From Trueperaceae bacterium (GTDB lineage: Bacteria > Deinococcota > Deinococci > Deinococcales > Trueperaceae): 64,000 nucleotides of DNA. The DNA is taken from contig OZ243927.1 of the NCBI GenBank assembly GCA_965213925.1, positions 960,001 through 1,024,000 on the forward strand, in the 5' to 3' direction. A model generated the notes under the pieces. The model was not told the DNA's origin. It worked only from the letters and a program-made list of their open reading frames with translations, and searched no databases. A program made the position numbers and the translations under genes. Below, piece after piece: positions 29,965 to 37,710 of this stretch. Position 1 is the stretch's first letter; each line of letters begins with the position of its first letter.

Positions 29965-31223
29965 TCACCCTCCGGGGTATAGCGGAAATAGATGACTAGA
30001 AAAATTGCCAGGATGAAAAAGAGCACCACCGCCGTCGCCGCGCCTGCGCCGATGTCTGAGCGTCCAAAGGCGTTGTCGTAGACCTGCACGGGCAGCGTCT
30101 CTGTCCCGGCTGCGCCGCCGGTCAAGAGGAACACGTCGTCGAACTTGTTAAAGGTCCAGATGAAGCGCAGCAAGAAGAGCGTCGCGACGATGCCCACGAG
30201 CTGCGGCAGGGTGATGTAGCGGAACTTCTGGAACGCGCCCGCACCGTCCACCTCGGCGGATTCGTAAAGCGCGTCGGGGATGGCTTGAAAGCGGGCCAGC
30301 ACGAAGAGGAAGGCGAAGGGAAAGTAACGCCACGCTTCGAAGGCGATGACGGTGGAAAGTGCAAGCGGGAAGTTAAACGAGAGCCCTAGCAAGCTCACCT
30401 CGAAGCTGCGCTGGCTTAAAAAGGAGATGGGCTCGCGCATGAGGCCAAACTCTAAACCCAGCGCGTTCAAGCTGCCGCTAAAGGGGTCTAAAAAGAAGGT
30501 CCAGGTGAAGGCGACGGCGATCACCGGCGCGACGTAAGGAAAGAGGAAGAGCCCGCGCAAAAAGCCCTTGCCGAAGAACTCGCCCTGCAAGAGCTGCGCG
30601 GCGAAGACGCCCAAGAGAATCGAGCCGCCCGTACCGAAGAGCGTGTATGCGAGCGTCGTCCAGAGCACGGGCCAGAACTCGCGCCCGGAGAGGACGAAGC
30701 GGAAGTTTTGCAGCGTGAAGTTGAAGTTCGTCAACACGTTGCTGGCGTCGCCGCTCAGGGTCGGCTGGGTCGGGGCACGCTGGTTGATATCGTCGGCGAA
30801 GAAGGCTTCGCTCGTCTCGAAGGAGAGCGCCACGTTCTCGCTGGAGCCGCCCTCCCACTCGCCGAAGTCGCAGGTTAGGGAGCGCCCGTCCACGCTGCAC
30901 GCTTCGGGCAACTCCGCCGGCGTCAACCCGTCAGCGAGTTGCGCCTCTAGCGTCACGTTGCGAATGGTTATGTCGGGGCTGCTGTTGCGCATCAAATAGC
31001 GCACTTCCAGGGTGTCGCCGGGGTTTTCGGCGGGCACTGCCCGCTCGCGTACAACAGGTACGGGCGGACGTAAGTCGCCCAGTTCGACGTTCTTGAAGCT
31101 GATCCAGAAGTTCGCCAGCACCGGAAAGATAACCACGGCGAAGACGATCAAAAAGGTCGGCGCGAGCATCCAGAAGGCGAGCCGCGCCTCGCGTTGGCTG
31201 AGACTTTTCTGTTGCTGCTCCAT
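29961..31223 (-). CDS. Carbohydrate ABC permease (MalF-like) with inserted DUF11-like domain
   Basis: LYESAEVDGA, FRYITLP; beta-rich periplasmic insert. Confidence 0.92.
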   Translation of the reverse strand: MEQQQKSLSQREARLAFWMLAPTFLIVFAVVIFPVLANFWISFKNVELGDLRPPVPVVRERAVPAENPGDTLEVRYLMRNSSPDITIRNVTLEAQLADGLTPAELPEACSVDGRSLTCDFGEWEGGSSENVALSFETSEAFFADDINQRAPTQPTLSGDASNVLTNFNFTLQNFRFVLSGREFWPVLWTTLAYTLFGTGGSILLGVFAAQLLQGEFFGKGFLRGLFLFPYVAPVIAVAFTWTFFLDPFSGSLNALGLEFGLMREPISFLSQRSFEVSLLGLSFNFPLALSTVIAFEAWRYFPFAFLFVLARFQAIPDALYESAEVDGAGAFQKFRYITLPQLVGIVATLFLLRFIWTFNKFDDVFLLTGGAAGTETLPVQVYDNAFGRSDIGAGAATAVVLFFILAIFLVIYFRYTPEGE

Positions 31224-31434
31224 CCTCGAGTCTCCTCAGTGCGGTTTAGGGTGCTGCGCTCTAGGCTATTAGGTAAAAACAAAAGCTAAGCACTCGTACA
31301 TAGTTGAGTTGAACAGAAGCTTTTGGCGAATCTCAGCGCTGCTCACGAACCATAGAGAACGTTTTGGCGTGGCAGGGGAGAGTTTCTCCCCTACGAAGCA
31401 GCGCTGCTTGCGTCAAGCTTTGGAGTCGTTAAAG

Positions 31435-32775
31435 CTAATTCTGCTGCAGCGCCTGCACCTCTTCCTGAATCCTCGAGACCGCCTCCTCCACCGAGAGTTC
31501 ACCATCGGTGAACTGACGGACGATCTCCGCCATGATGCGCGTGTCGTAGAGCTGCGAGGTCAATTCGCCGTAGCCCTGGCTGTAGCCCCAGCGCGTGCCC
31601 GTCTCCAAGCCTTCGACGAGGTCTTGAATCGTCTCTTGAGAGTAGAACTCGCTTAGCGGTGCGCGGCGGTCCACGCCGACCTCTAAGTTCGACCAGGCGT
31701 TGATGAACTGCTCGGGGTTCTCCTGAGTGCCGCGCCGCTGCGGGAACTTACCTTCTGCCGCCATGCCGAGCGTCTGCTCGTACCCTTCCGAAAGGGAATA
31801 CTCCACGAACTGCCGCGCCGCCTCGAAGTCCGCGTCTACAGTGATGCCAAAGTAGCGCACGTCCGTCCAGCCTGCGCCCTCTTCGTTACTCGGACCGGAT
31901 AGGCGAGTGACGAAGCCCGAGTCTTGAGCGAGTTGCGGGCTGGTGGGGTCTTCCACCGCCGTTACGGGCACCTCGTCGCGCAGCCCGGCGAGTTCATCCA
32001 GAATGAAGGGCGACCAGATGATCATGGCGGCGTCGCCTGCAAAGTACAGCTCACGCGACTGCTGCCAGTAGAGGTTGCCGGGCGGACTCGCTTCGACCAG
32101 GTCTCTATAGAACTCGAGCGTCTCGGTGAGCTTTTCGGTGTCCAGCGCGACGTTGCCCTGGTCGTCCACCAAGTTCACGCCGTTGGCGAGCGCGATGTGC
32201 TCAAAGACCTGCATCATGTAGCTCTCGCTGGGGTCGGTCGCGGCGACGAAGCCGTACATGTCGGGCGGGCTATGTAAAGCTTCGGTAGCGGCGCGAATCG
32301 CCTCGTAGCTCGTGGGCGGCTCTAAGCCCGCCTCTTCAAAGAGGTCTTGGCGGTAAACTAGAAGCTGCGTCCAGCCGTCAACGGGCACAGCGGCGTAGCC
32401 ATCCTCGACTTCAACTAAATTGAGTGCGCCCTCGAAAAAGGTGTCCGCGCCGAGCGTCTCGATGGCTTCGGCGGCGCTGAAGGGGTCTAAGATGCCTGCG
32501 CTCGCCCAGCCCAAGGTGTAGTTGAGCGGGTGGTAGATGACATCGGGCAGTTCGCCCGCAGCGAAGGCGGCGGTGACGCGCTCGCCCATCTGGTTCTCGG
32601 TCACAGGGATGACCTCGACGCTGACGCCCGTTTGCTCCTGGAAGGCTGAGGCGATGTTACGCTGCACCTCCAAGCGCTCGGGTTGCTCCTCGGTGGTCCA
32701 GAGGACGAGTTGGGCGGAGGCTACACTGCTTGCGAATAGAGCTATGGCGACGGCGACGCTTAGGAACTTCTTCAC
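31435..32775 (-). CDS. Sugar ABC substrate-binding protein
   Basis: Signal peptide, AAGELPDV, LLVYRQDLF, P.SYE; GGAG before GTG. Confidence 0.92.
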   Translation of the reverse strand: MKKFLSVAVAIALFASSVASAQLVLWTTEEQPERLEVQRNIASAFQEQTGVSVEVIPVTENQMGERVTAAFAAGELPDVIYHPLNYTLGWASAGILDPFSAAEAIETLGADTFFEGALNLVEVEDGYAAVPVDGWTQLLVYRQDLFEEAGLEPPTSYEAIRAATEALHSPPDMYGFVAATDPSESYMMQVFEHIALANGVNLVDDQGNVALDTEKLTETLEFYRDLVEASPPGNLYWQQSRELYFAGDAAMIIWSPFILDELAGLRDEVPVTAVEDPTSPQLAQDSGFVTRLSGPSNEEGAGWTDVRYFGITVDADFEAARQFVEYSLSEGYEQTLGMAAEGKFPQRRGTQENPEQFINAWSNLEVGVDRRAPLSEFYSQETIQDLVEGLETGTRWGYSQGYGELTSQLYDTRIMAEIVRQFTDGELSVEEAVSRIQEEVQALQQN

Positions 32776-33150
32776 GGATCACGCTCCTTTAGTTATGTTT
32801 GTCCCAAGATTAGCAGATTGATGATAGAAAAGGACAAACCTTTGCGAGATAATCGGTACAAAACCTGTAGGCTGTCCTGCAAACCCGCTTCTCGAGTTCT
32901 ACAAAAGGACCTTTCCGCGTACCGTCAAGGCTTGCCGACACCTCTACGCTCATCTTGGTGCGCTAGACTTAGTAGCAGGTTACTTCGTTCCATAAGCTTC
33001 GCGCGCTCAGCCGTGAGGCTAGCGGGATATCATCTGGTCATCTACACTCCGAGTGGAGAAAGCACACTTTAGAATTCACTCTTATAGATGACATCTGCGT
33101 TAATTCGTCTCAGCGTGTTACGGAGTTACTACAACTATGGAGGTGGAAGG

Positions 33151-33378
33151 GTGTACGACGCCGAAGGCATCGAGCGTGGCGAGGTCTGCCCGGAGTGCGG
33201 CAGCGGCCATACCGTCACATATATCTATTTAGAAGGCTTTACCGAGCTGGAATGTTACCGCTGCGGCTACAGCAGCGAGTCGCAGGAAATTTCTGAGTTG
33301 GCACGCTACCGGGGCGACCTAAGTGAGCGTGAGCTTAAAGACCTGCCGCCCATTCCGATTAAAAAGCTCGAGGCTTAA
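33151..33378 (+). CDS. Small zinc-ribbon protein
   Basis: CPECG...CYRCG; GGAGG RBS before GTG at 33151. Confidence 0.7.
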   Translation: MYDAEGIERGEVCPECGSGHTVTYIYLEGFTELECYRCGYSSESQEISELARYRGDLSERELKDLPPIPIKKLEA

Positions 33379-33684
33379 CGTGCAAGCGCTCGAATAGAGT
33401 ACATGTGGTATTTCTTACAGCGGCGCGCGTGCGAGCTGCCTCGAGCTTTGTGACAGCGCTCAGACACGCTAGGAGCGCAATGCTTCGAAACTTGAACTGT
33501 GCTTCCGGTTTGCTGTTTGCGCATCCATGTCAGGTAGTGATTACGGCACTATAATCAAAAGTACGTGAGCCCCTATGACATTCCTGACAAATTCATTAAG
33601 ATAAGCCAATCTGCGCGCGTCCGTATTTTTTCACATCTGCACCGAGCAACAGAAGGTAACATGGCTTTCAATTGAAAGAGAGGA

Positions 33685-34071
33685 GTGAAGATGGATGTAA
33701 AAGTGGTTCTTAGTTCGGATGAGATTGTTCGGGGGCTCAAGCACTACAGGCGCATCGCCAAGCAAGATATCTTACGCGCGCCCGAAACCACCAACCCGGA
33801 GGTCTTTCGCTGTCACGCCGAGGCGCGGCGCACCATCTACGCCCGCTTAACGGACGTCGCCGAGGCGCAGAGCCCCGCCGACGTGGTGATCGAGGCGCTC
33901 GAGTGCTACAAAGAGCTGCCCTTTGTGACCGGCACCGCCGAGGACGAACACACCGACATTAAAGGGCGAGAGAACGCTTTAGAGAACTTCTTTTTGATGA
34001 TCGGCTTAGAACCCAAAGTGCGCCGCGAGGTGCGGAGCCAGCGCCCACCACTCGCCTCGATAAAGTCGTAA
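33685..34071 (+). CDS. Hypothetical helical protein
   Basis: Strong RBS, host-like codon usage, downstream terminator. Confidence 0.8.
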   Translation: MKMDVKVVLSSDEIVRGLKHYRRIAKQDILRAPETTNPEVFRCHAEARRTIYARLTDVAEAQSPADVVIEALECYKELPFVTGTAEDEHTDIKGRENALENFFLMIGLEPKVRREVRSQRPPLASIKS

Positions 34072-34095
34072 CACAGATTCAACCTGATACATACA

Positions 34096-34120
34096 GCGCG
34101 CTTCGGCGCGTTTTCTTTTT
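34096..34120 (+). terminator. Intrinsic terminator
   Basis: CGCGC-TTCG-GCGCG followed by TTTTCTTTTT. Confidence 0.8.
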
Positions 34121-34308
34121 GCCTGTTTTTCTACCCCTTACCGACTACCGCACTGCACACGTCGCCGCGTTAAAATAAGGTTCTGTCACGGGTTACTGCT
34201 ACATGCACTGTTATAAGCTGCGACAATCGACGTTTCGACCTCTCGCCCTCTTTCGTACGTGTTACTTGTACCAGGGCTCGAGAGGTCATACGCGCTACGG
34301 GAGGAAAG

Positions 34309-34929
34309 ATGACGTTAGACGAACTCGAGCAGCAGGCAAAAGAAACCCCTAAGCCCCCCGCGCTGTCCGACACCGCCAATAATCTGGTCTTCGGGGAAGG
34401 CGACCCAGATGCCAACGTGGTCATCATCGGCGAAGCGCCCGGTGAGGACGAGGACGCCACCGGACGCCCCTTCGTAGGTCGCGCCGGACAGCTCCTAGAC
34501 CGCATTCTGGATTCTGTCAGAATCGACCGCGATGAGGTCTATATCACCAACATCGTCAAGTACCGTCCGCCGAACAACCGCAACCCCAAACCCGAAGAGA
34601 TCGCCGCGAGCGAACCTCTTCTGATGGAACAGCTCAAGCTCATCCGCCCGCAGATTATCGCCACTTTAGGCAACATCCCCACGCAGTATTTCGTCAATAC
34701 GAAAGAGGGCATCACCAAAACACACGGCAACTGGTATGACTGGAACGGCGTGCGCATCTACCCGATGTTTCACCCCGCTTACCTCTTGCGCAACCCGAGC
34801 CGCGAAAAAGGCTCCCCCAAGTGGCTCATGTGGCAAGACGTGAAGCTCTTGCGCGAGGAGATGGATAAGCTAGGCGCGAAGCCGAACAACCTAATGATCG
34901 ATACGGCGCAGCAGGAGGGGTTGTTTTAG
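34309..34929 (+). CDS. udg: Uracil-DNA glycosylase family 4, lacking Fe-S cysteines
   Basis: VFGEG, GEAPGEDED, PFVGRAG, TNIVK.RPP.NR.P, FHPAYLLR. Confidence 0.92.
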   Translation: MTLDELEQQAKETPKPPALSDTANNLVFGEGDPDANVVIIGEAPGEDEDATGRPFVGRAGQLLDRILDSVRIDRDEVYITNIVKYRPPNNRNPKPEEIAASEPLLMEQLKLIRPQIIATLGNIPTQYFVNTKEGITKTHGNWYDWNGVRIYPMFHPAYLLRNPSREKGSPKWLMWQDVKLLREEMDKLGAKPNNLMIDTAQQEGLF

Positions 34930-34931
34930 AA

Positions 34932-35010
34932 GAAGCCAATGAGCAATGAGGAACGAGCAATGAGGTTAAAGGCTTTGATTTTCACTCATTGCTCACCGTT
35001 CGTTCACTGC
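34932..35010. repeat. Inverted arrays of degenerate heptamer (AATGAGC/GCTCATT)
   Basis: caatgagcaatgaggaacgagcaatgag facing ctcattgctcaccgttcgttcact. Confidence 0.6.
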
Positions 35011-35114
35011 GTGAGGACTTGTGTACATCAGCTTGACTGGATTGCTTTCAACTCATTGCTTACGTTTACGCCCTCGCAACAGAACCCTTCTTTGCTGACT
35101 GGTAGACTAACCCC

Positions 35115-35411
35115 ATGTCTGATCCACGCTTTATCGGTTTGGTCCACTCTATTTTAAGCTCGGCAGAAGCCGCTCTAGGCGAGATGAATAGCCCGATGGT
35201 GACGCGGTTGGCGCGTGACGGCATCTTGGCGCGGCGCACGGGCGAGAAGAGTTTGCAGCTCTTAGAGATGCTCCAGCAGAAGACGAACGGCAACCTAGAC
35301 GAGACGGAGCGCGGGGCGCTCTACGGGGCGATGCGCACGATCAGGGAGCGGCTCGAGACCCTTCCCGAAGCATCCTCTCAGACGCCGCCTCAAACGCCGC
35401 GGAGCAACTGA
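35115..35411 (+). CDS. DUF1844-like small protein
   Basis: FIGLVHSI...LLEML..KTNGNLD..E. Confidence 0.7.
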   Translation: MSDPRFIGLVHSILSSAEAALGEMNSPMVTRLARDGILARRTGEKSLQLLEMLQQKTNGNLDETERGALYGAMRTIRERLETLPEASSQTPPQTPRSN

Positions 35412-35424
35412 TGGATTTGAGTGA

Positions 35425-35877
35425 ATGAGGGCGCTCTTGCAACGTGTCGCTCACGCTAAAGTCGAGGTCGAAGGCGAGGTCATCGGTGAGGTCGGGCGCG
35501 GGCTGCTCGTCTTACTCGGCGTGAGTGAAGAGGACACCGAGGATGAGGTGCAGTTTTTAGCGCAAAAGGTCAGCACGCTGCGCGTCTTTAACGACGACGC
35601 GGGCAAGATGAACCTGAACCTCTCTGACGTGGGCGGCGCGGCGCTCGTCGTCAGCCAGTTCACCCTCTACGGCGACGCGCGGCGCGGCAACCGTCCGAGC
35701 TACATCAAGGCGGCGCGGCCGGAGCAGGCGGACGCGCTCTACCAGCGTTTTGCACAGGTATTGAGCGAGAAGGGTATCGAGACCGCCACGGGTGAATTCG
35801 GCGCAAATATGAAAGTCAGCCTGCTCAACGATGGCCCGGTGACGCTCTGGCTGGATACGGCGGAACTGCGCGGGTAG
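35425..35877 (+). CDS. dtd: D-aminoacyl-tRNA deacylase
   Basis: MRALLQRV, SQFTL, GNRPS, NDGPVT. Confidence 0.97.
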   Translation: MRALLQRVAHAKVEVEGEVIGEVGRGLLVLLGVSEEDTEDEVQFLAQKVSTLRVFNDDAGKMNLNLSDVGGAALVVSQFTLYGDARRGNRPSYIKAARPEQADALYQRFAQVLSEKGIETATGEFGANMKVSLLNDGPVTLWLDTAELRG

Positions 35878-36132
35878 AAGGGTCGAGCGGCTTTCCTGCG
35901 CCCTAAGAATCCGCGATGCTTGCGACGCCTCACGAATGTGTTTAGACCGCTAGCTAAGGGTCCGAGGTAAAGCCTCGATGAAGAGCCAAAACGGTGAACG
36001 GTTGATGAACGTTCAAATATAGCAGGTATCATCTGGTTTGAGCCAATCTCACAAGATAGAGTATTGTGCAGCACACACCTTAGGGGATGATATCTGCGTG
36101 ATTCAAGCTCAGTAGTTATGATAATTGCTTTA

Positions 36133-36510
36133 GTACACTGTTAGCTAAGTTTTGCGACATCTTTGGTAGTGCCTTTTGAGCTTGTCATGGGCGCTTTGGA
36201 TAGAGAACTGCCAGTTGAGCGTGATGCGCTTGGCGTTACGGTCTTTGACCCAAGCAAGGACTTCGCGCCCTAGTTGCTTTTGGCAGGGGATGCGTCGGTT
36301 TAAGCATTGCCTAGCGAGGGCGGAGAACTCGATTTCAATGGCGTTGAGCCAGCTTGCGCCTTTAGGGGTGAAGTGCATGTTGATACGTTCAGCGAGCGTG
36401 AACGCCTCATCGGGGTCTAGGTGCTCTTGACGTTCCTCTTCGCTTAGCTTCACCTCATATAGCTTCTTTCGCATCTCTTAGTATGTCTCATGACTTGCTT
36501 AACAATGTAC
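36133..36510 (-). mobile_element. Internally deleted IS630-family element
   Basis: ORF 36145-36474 joins the transposase N-terminus (KLYEVKLSEEER) to the C-terminus (TPKGASWLNAIEIEFS); imperfect TIRs GTACACTGTTA / TAACAATGTAC; TTA on both flanks. Confidence 0.88.
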
Positions 36511-36513
36511 TTA

Positions 36514-36678
36514 CTACACCGTCAAGTAAATTCTGCGGCGTTGTTGTCACCCTAAGCCGAAGGCGTAAGGGTCTCGTCTTTCGTTCTCTGTCAGAGGAGT
36601 CAGCAAGGTCAGAGATTCTTTCACTCCGCTATCGCTACGTTCAGAATGACATGGTTCATTATTTGGTTGACAGAGTAC
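36514..36678. mobile_element. MITE family 1, copy B (165 bp)
   Basis: CTACACCGTCAA / TTGACAGAGTAC ends, TTA flanks, GTCACCCT...AGAATGAC core. Confidence 0.85.
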
Positions 36679-36681
36679 TTA

Positions 36682-36752
36682 CTATTCTGTTAATTAAGTT
36701 TTGCGGCACTGTTATCACCCCGAGCGGAGCCCTTGACAGGATAGACTCCGTC
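36682..36752. repeat. Truncated MITE family 1 end
   Basis: TCACCCCGAGCGGAGCCCTTGACAGGATAGACTCCG is the reverse complement of the copy D right arm. Confidence 0.75.
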
Positions 36753-36767
36753 CTATGACGAGCGTAG

Positions 36768-36806
36768 GAAGCCGCGCCGGTCGTAATTATGACCGGCGCG
36801 GCTTTT
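36768..36806. terminator. Strong hairpin, likely the terminator for the bamA-like transcript
   Basis: AAGCCGCGCCGGTC-gtaattat-GACCGGCGCGGCTT. Confidence 0.75.
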
Positions 36807-36827
36807 CTGTTAAGAGAAGACTAAAAG

Positions 36828-37710
36828 ACCCCAATTCGGAAAAGGGAAATTCAAAGCTCAAATGCCCCTAAACGGCTGAGTTGGTAAGCGAGCAAGGTGG
36901 TGTAAACGTGCAGGATGCAGCCCACCGTCGAGCGGTAGGGTCTGTCAGAGAGTCCAAGTCTATCCAAGGACGAGAAGACCGACTCAACGATGCGGTGTCC
37001 TTGGTAAAGCCTCTGCTCACGCTTGGGCGGGGGTAGCTGGTTGCTGCGGCGCGGGGTTATAAGGTCAACCGCTTGGGAGGCAACGTCGGCTTTAAGCTCG
37101 GAGCTGATATAGCCTTTATCGGCGGTTACAATGGCGTAAGTGAGTTTGTCTAGTAGGCGAGGCGCGACCTTAACATCATGTTCGTTCGCGCCTCGCAGCA
37201 GTACCTCACAGAGTCTGCTTGTATCGTCCACACGCGCATGAAGCCGAAAGCCATAGAAGGTGGTGTTATGGACGTGGTCACGCCCATAACTGCCCGCAAG
37301 CTTGGTCCTTTTAGCACGGGCAAAATCTACTACTTCTAGTTTCTTCGAGTCGAGGTGCTGTTTCGTCGTGTTATGCCCGGTGCAAAGCTGTTTAACCGCG
37401 AGAATAATCTGTCCTATCAGGAGGCGCTTACGCTCACAAAACGTTGAGGGTACAGGTACGTCCACGCCGAACGATGCAGCAACTTCAAGCATCTTCCGGC
37501 TATAGCGAAAACTCGACAGCTTCTGATAGACCGCTAAGGCGACGATGAACGAGTCTGGAAAAACAGGAGCACGTCCTTGAGGGGCTTTTCTACGCTTCTT
37601 GAGGGGTAAACGTTCGACGGCTTGTATAATCTCTTCGAGGGTTGGGATTTTGCGCATACATCATTGCAACCCTCACTTCTCCCGCTGTCAAATCTTTTCC
37701 GAATTGGCGT
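36828..37710 (-). mobile_element. IS982-family insertion sequence, apparently intact
   Basis: 17 bp TIRs AC(C/G)CCAATTCGGAAAAG; 6 bp TAAAAG direct repeats at 36822-36827 and 37711-37716. Confidence 0.92.
36851..37657 (-). CDS. IS982-family DDE transposase
   Basis: LDSKKL, FYGFRLH, ANEHD, ADKGYIS, IVESVFS; TTGACA-17-TGCAAT promoter inside the IS end. Confidence 0.9.
   Translation of the reverse strand: MRKIPTLEEIIQAVERLPLKKRRKAPQGRAPVFPDSFIVALAVYQKLSSFRYSRKMLEVAASFGVDVPVPSTFCERKRLLIGQIILAVKQLCTGHNTTKQHLDSKKLEVVDFARAKRTKLAGSYGRDHVHNTTFYGFRLHARVDDTSRLCEVLLRGANEHDVKVAPRLLDKLTYAIVTADKGYISSELKADVASQAVDLITPRRSNQLPPPKREQRLYQGHRIVESVFSSLDRLGLSDRPYRSTVGCILHVYTTLLAYQLSRLGAFEL

Noticed and set aside
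32840..32865. LacI-like operator upstream of the ABC operon (GATAATCGGTAC)
   Set aside because: The palindrome is too weak and there is no adjacent regulator.
33380..33560. Possible ncRNA in the long intergenic region (GGAGCGCAA...TTGCGCATCC stem)
   Set aside because: Only one imperfect stem, with no convincing promoter-terminator pair or known motif.
36483..36758. Short ORFs across repeats (also 16507-16791, 42817-43107, 1341-1616)
   Set aside because: They are chance frames running through MITE or terminator sequence.
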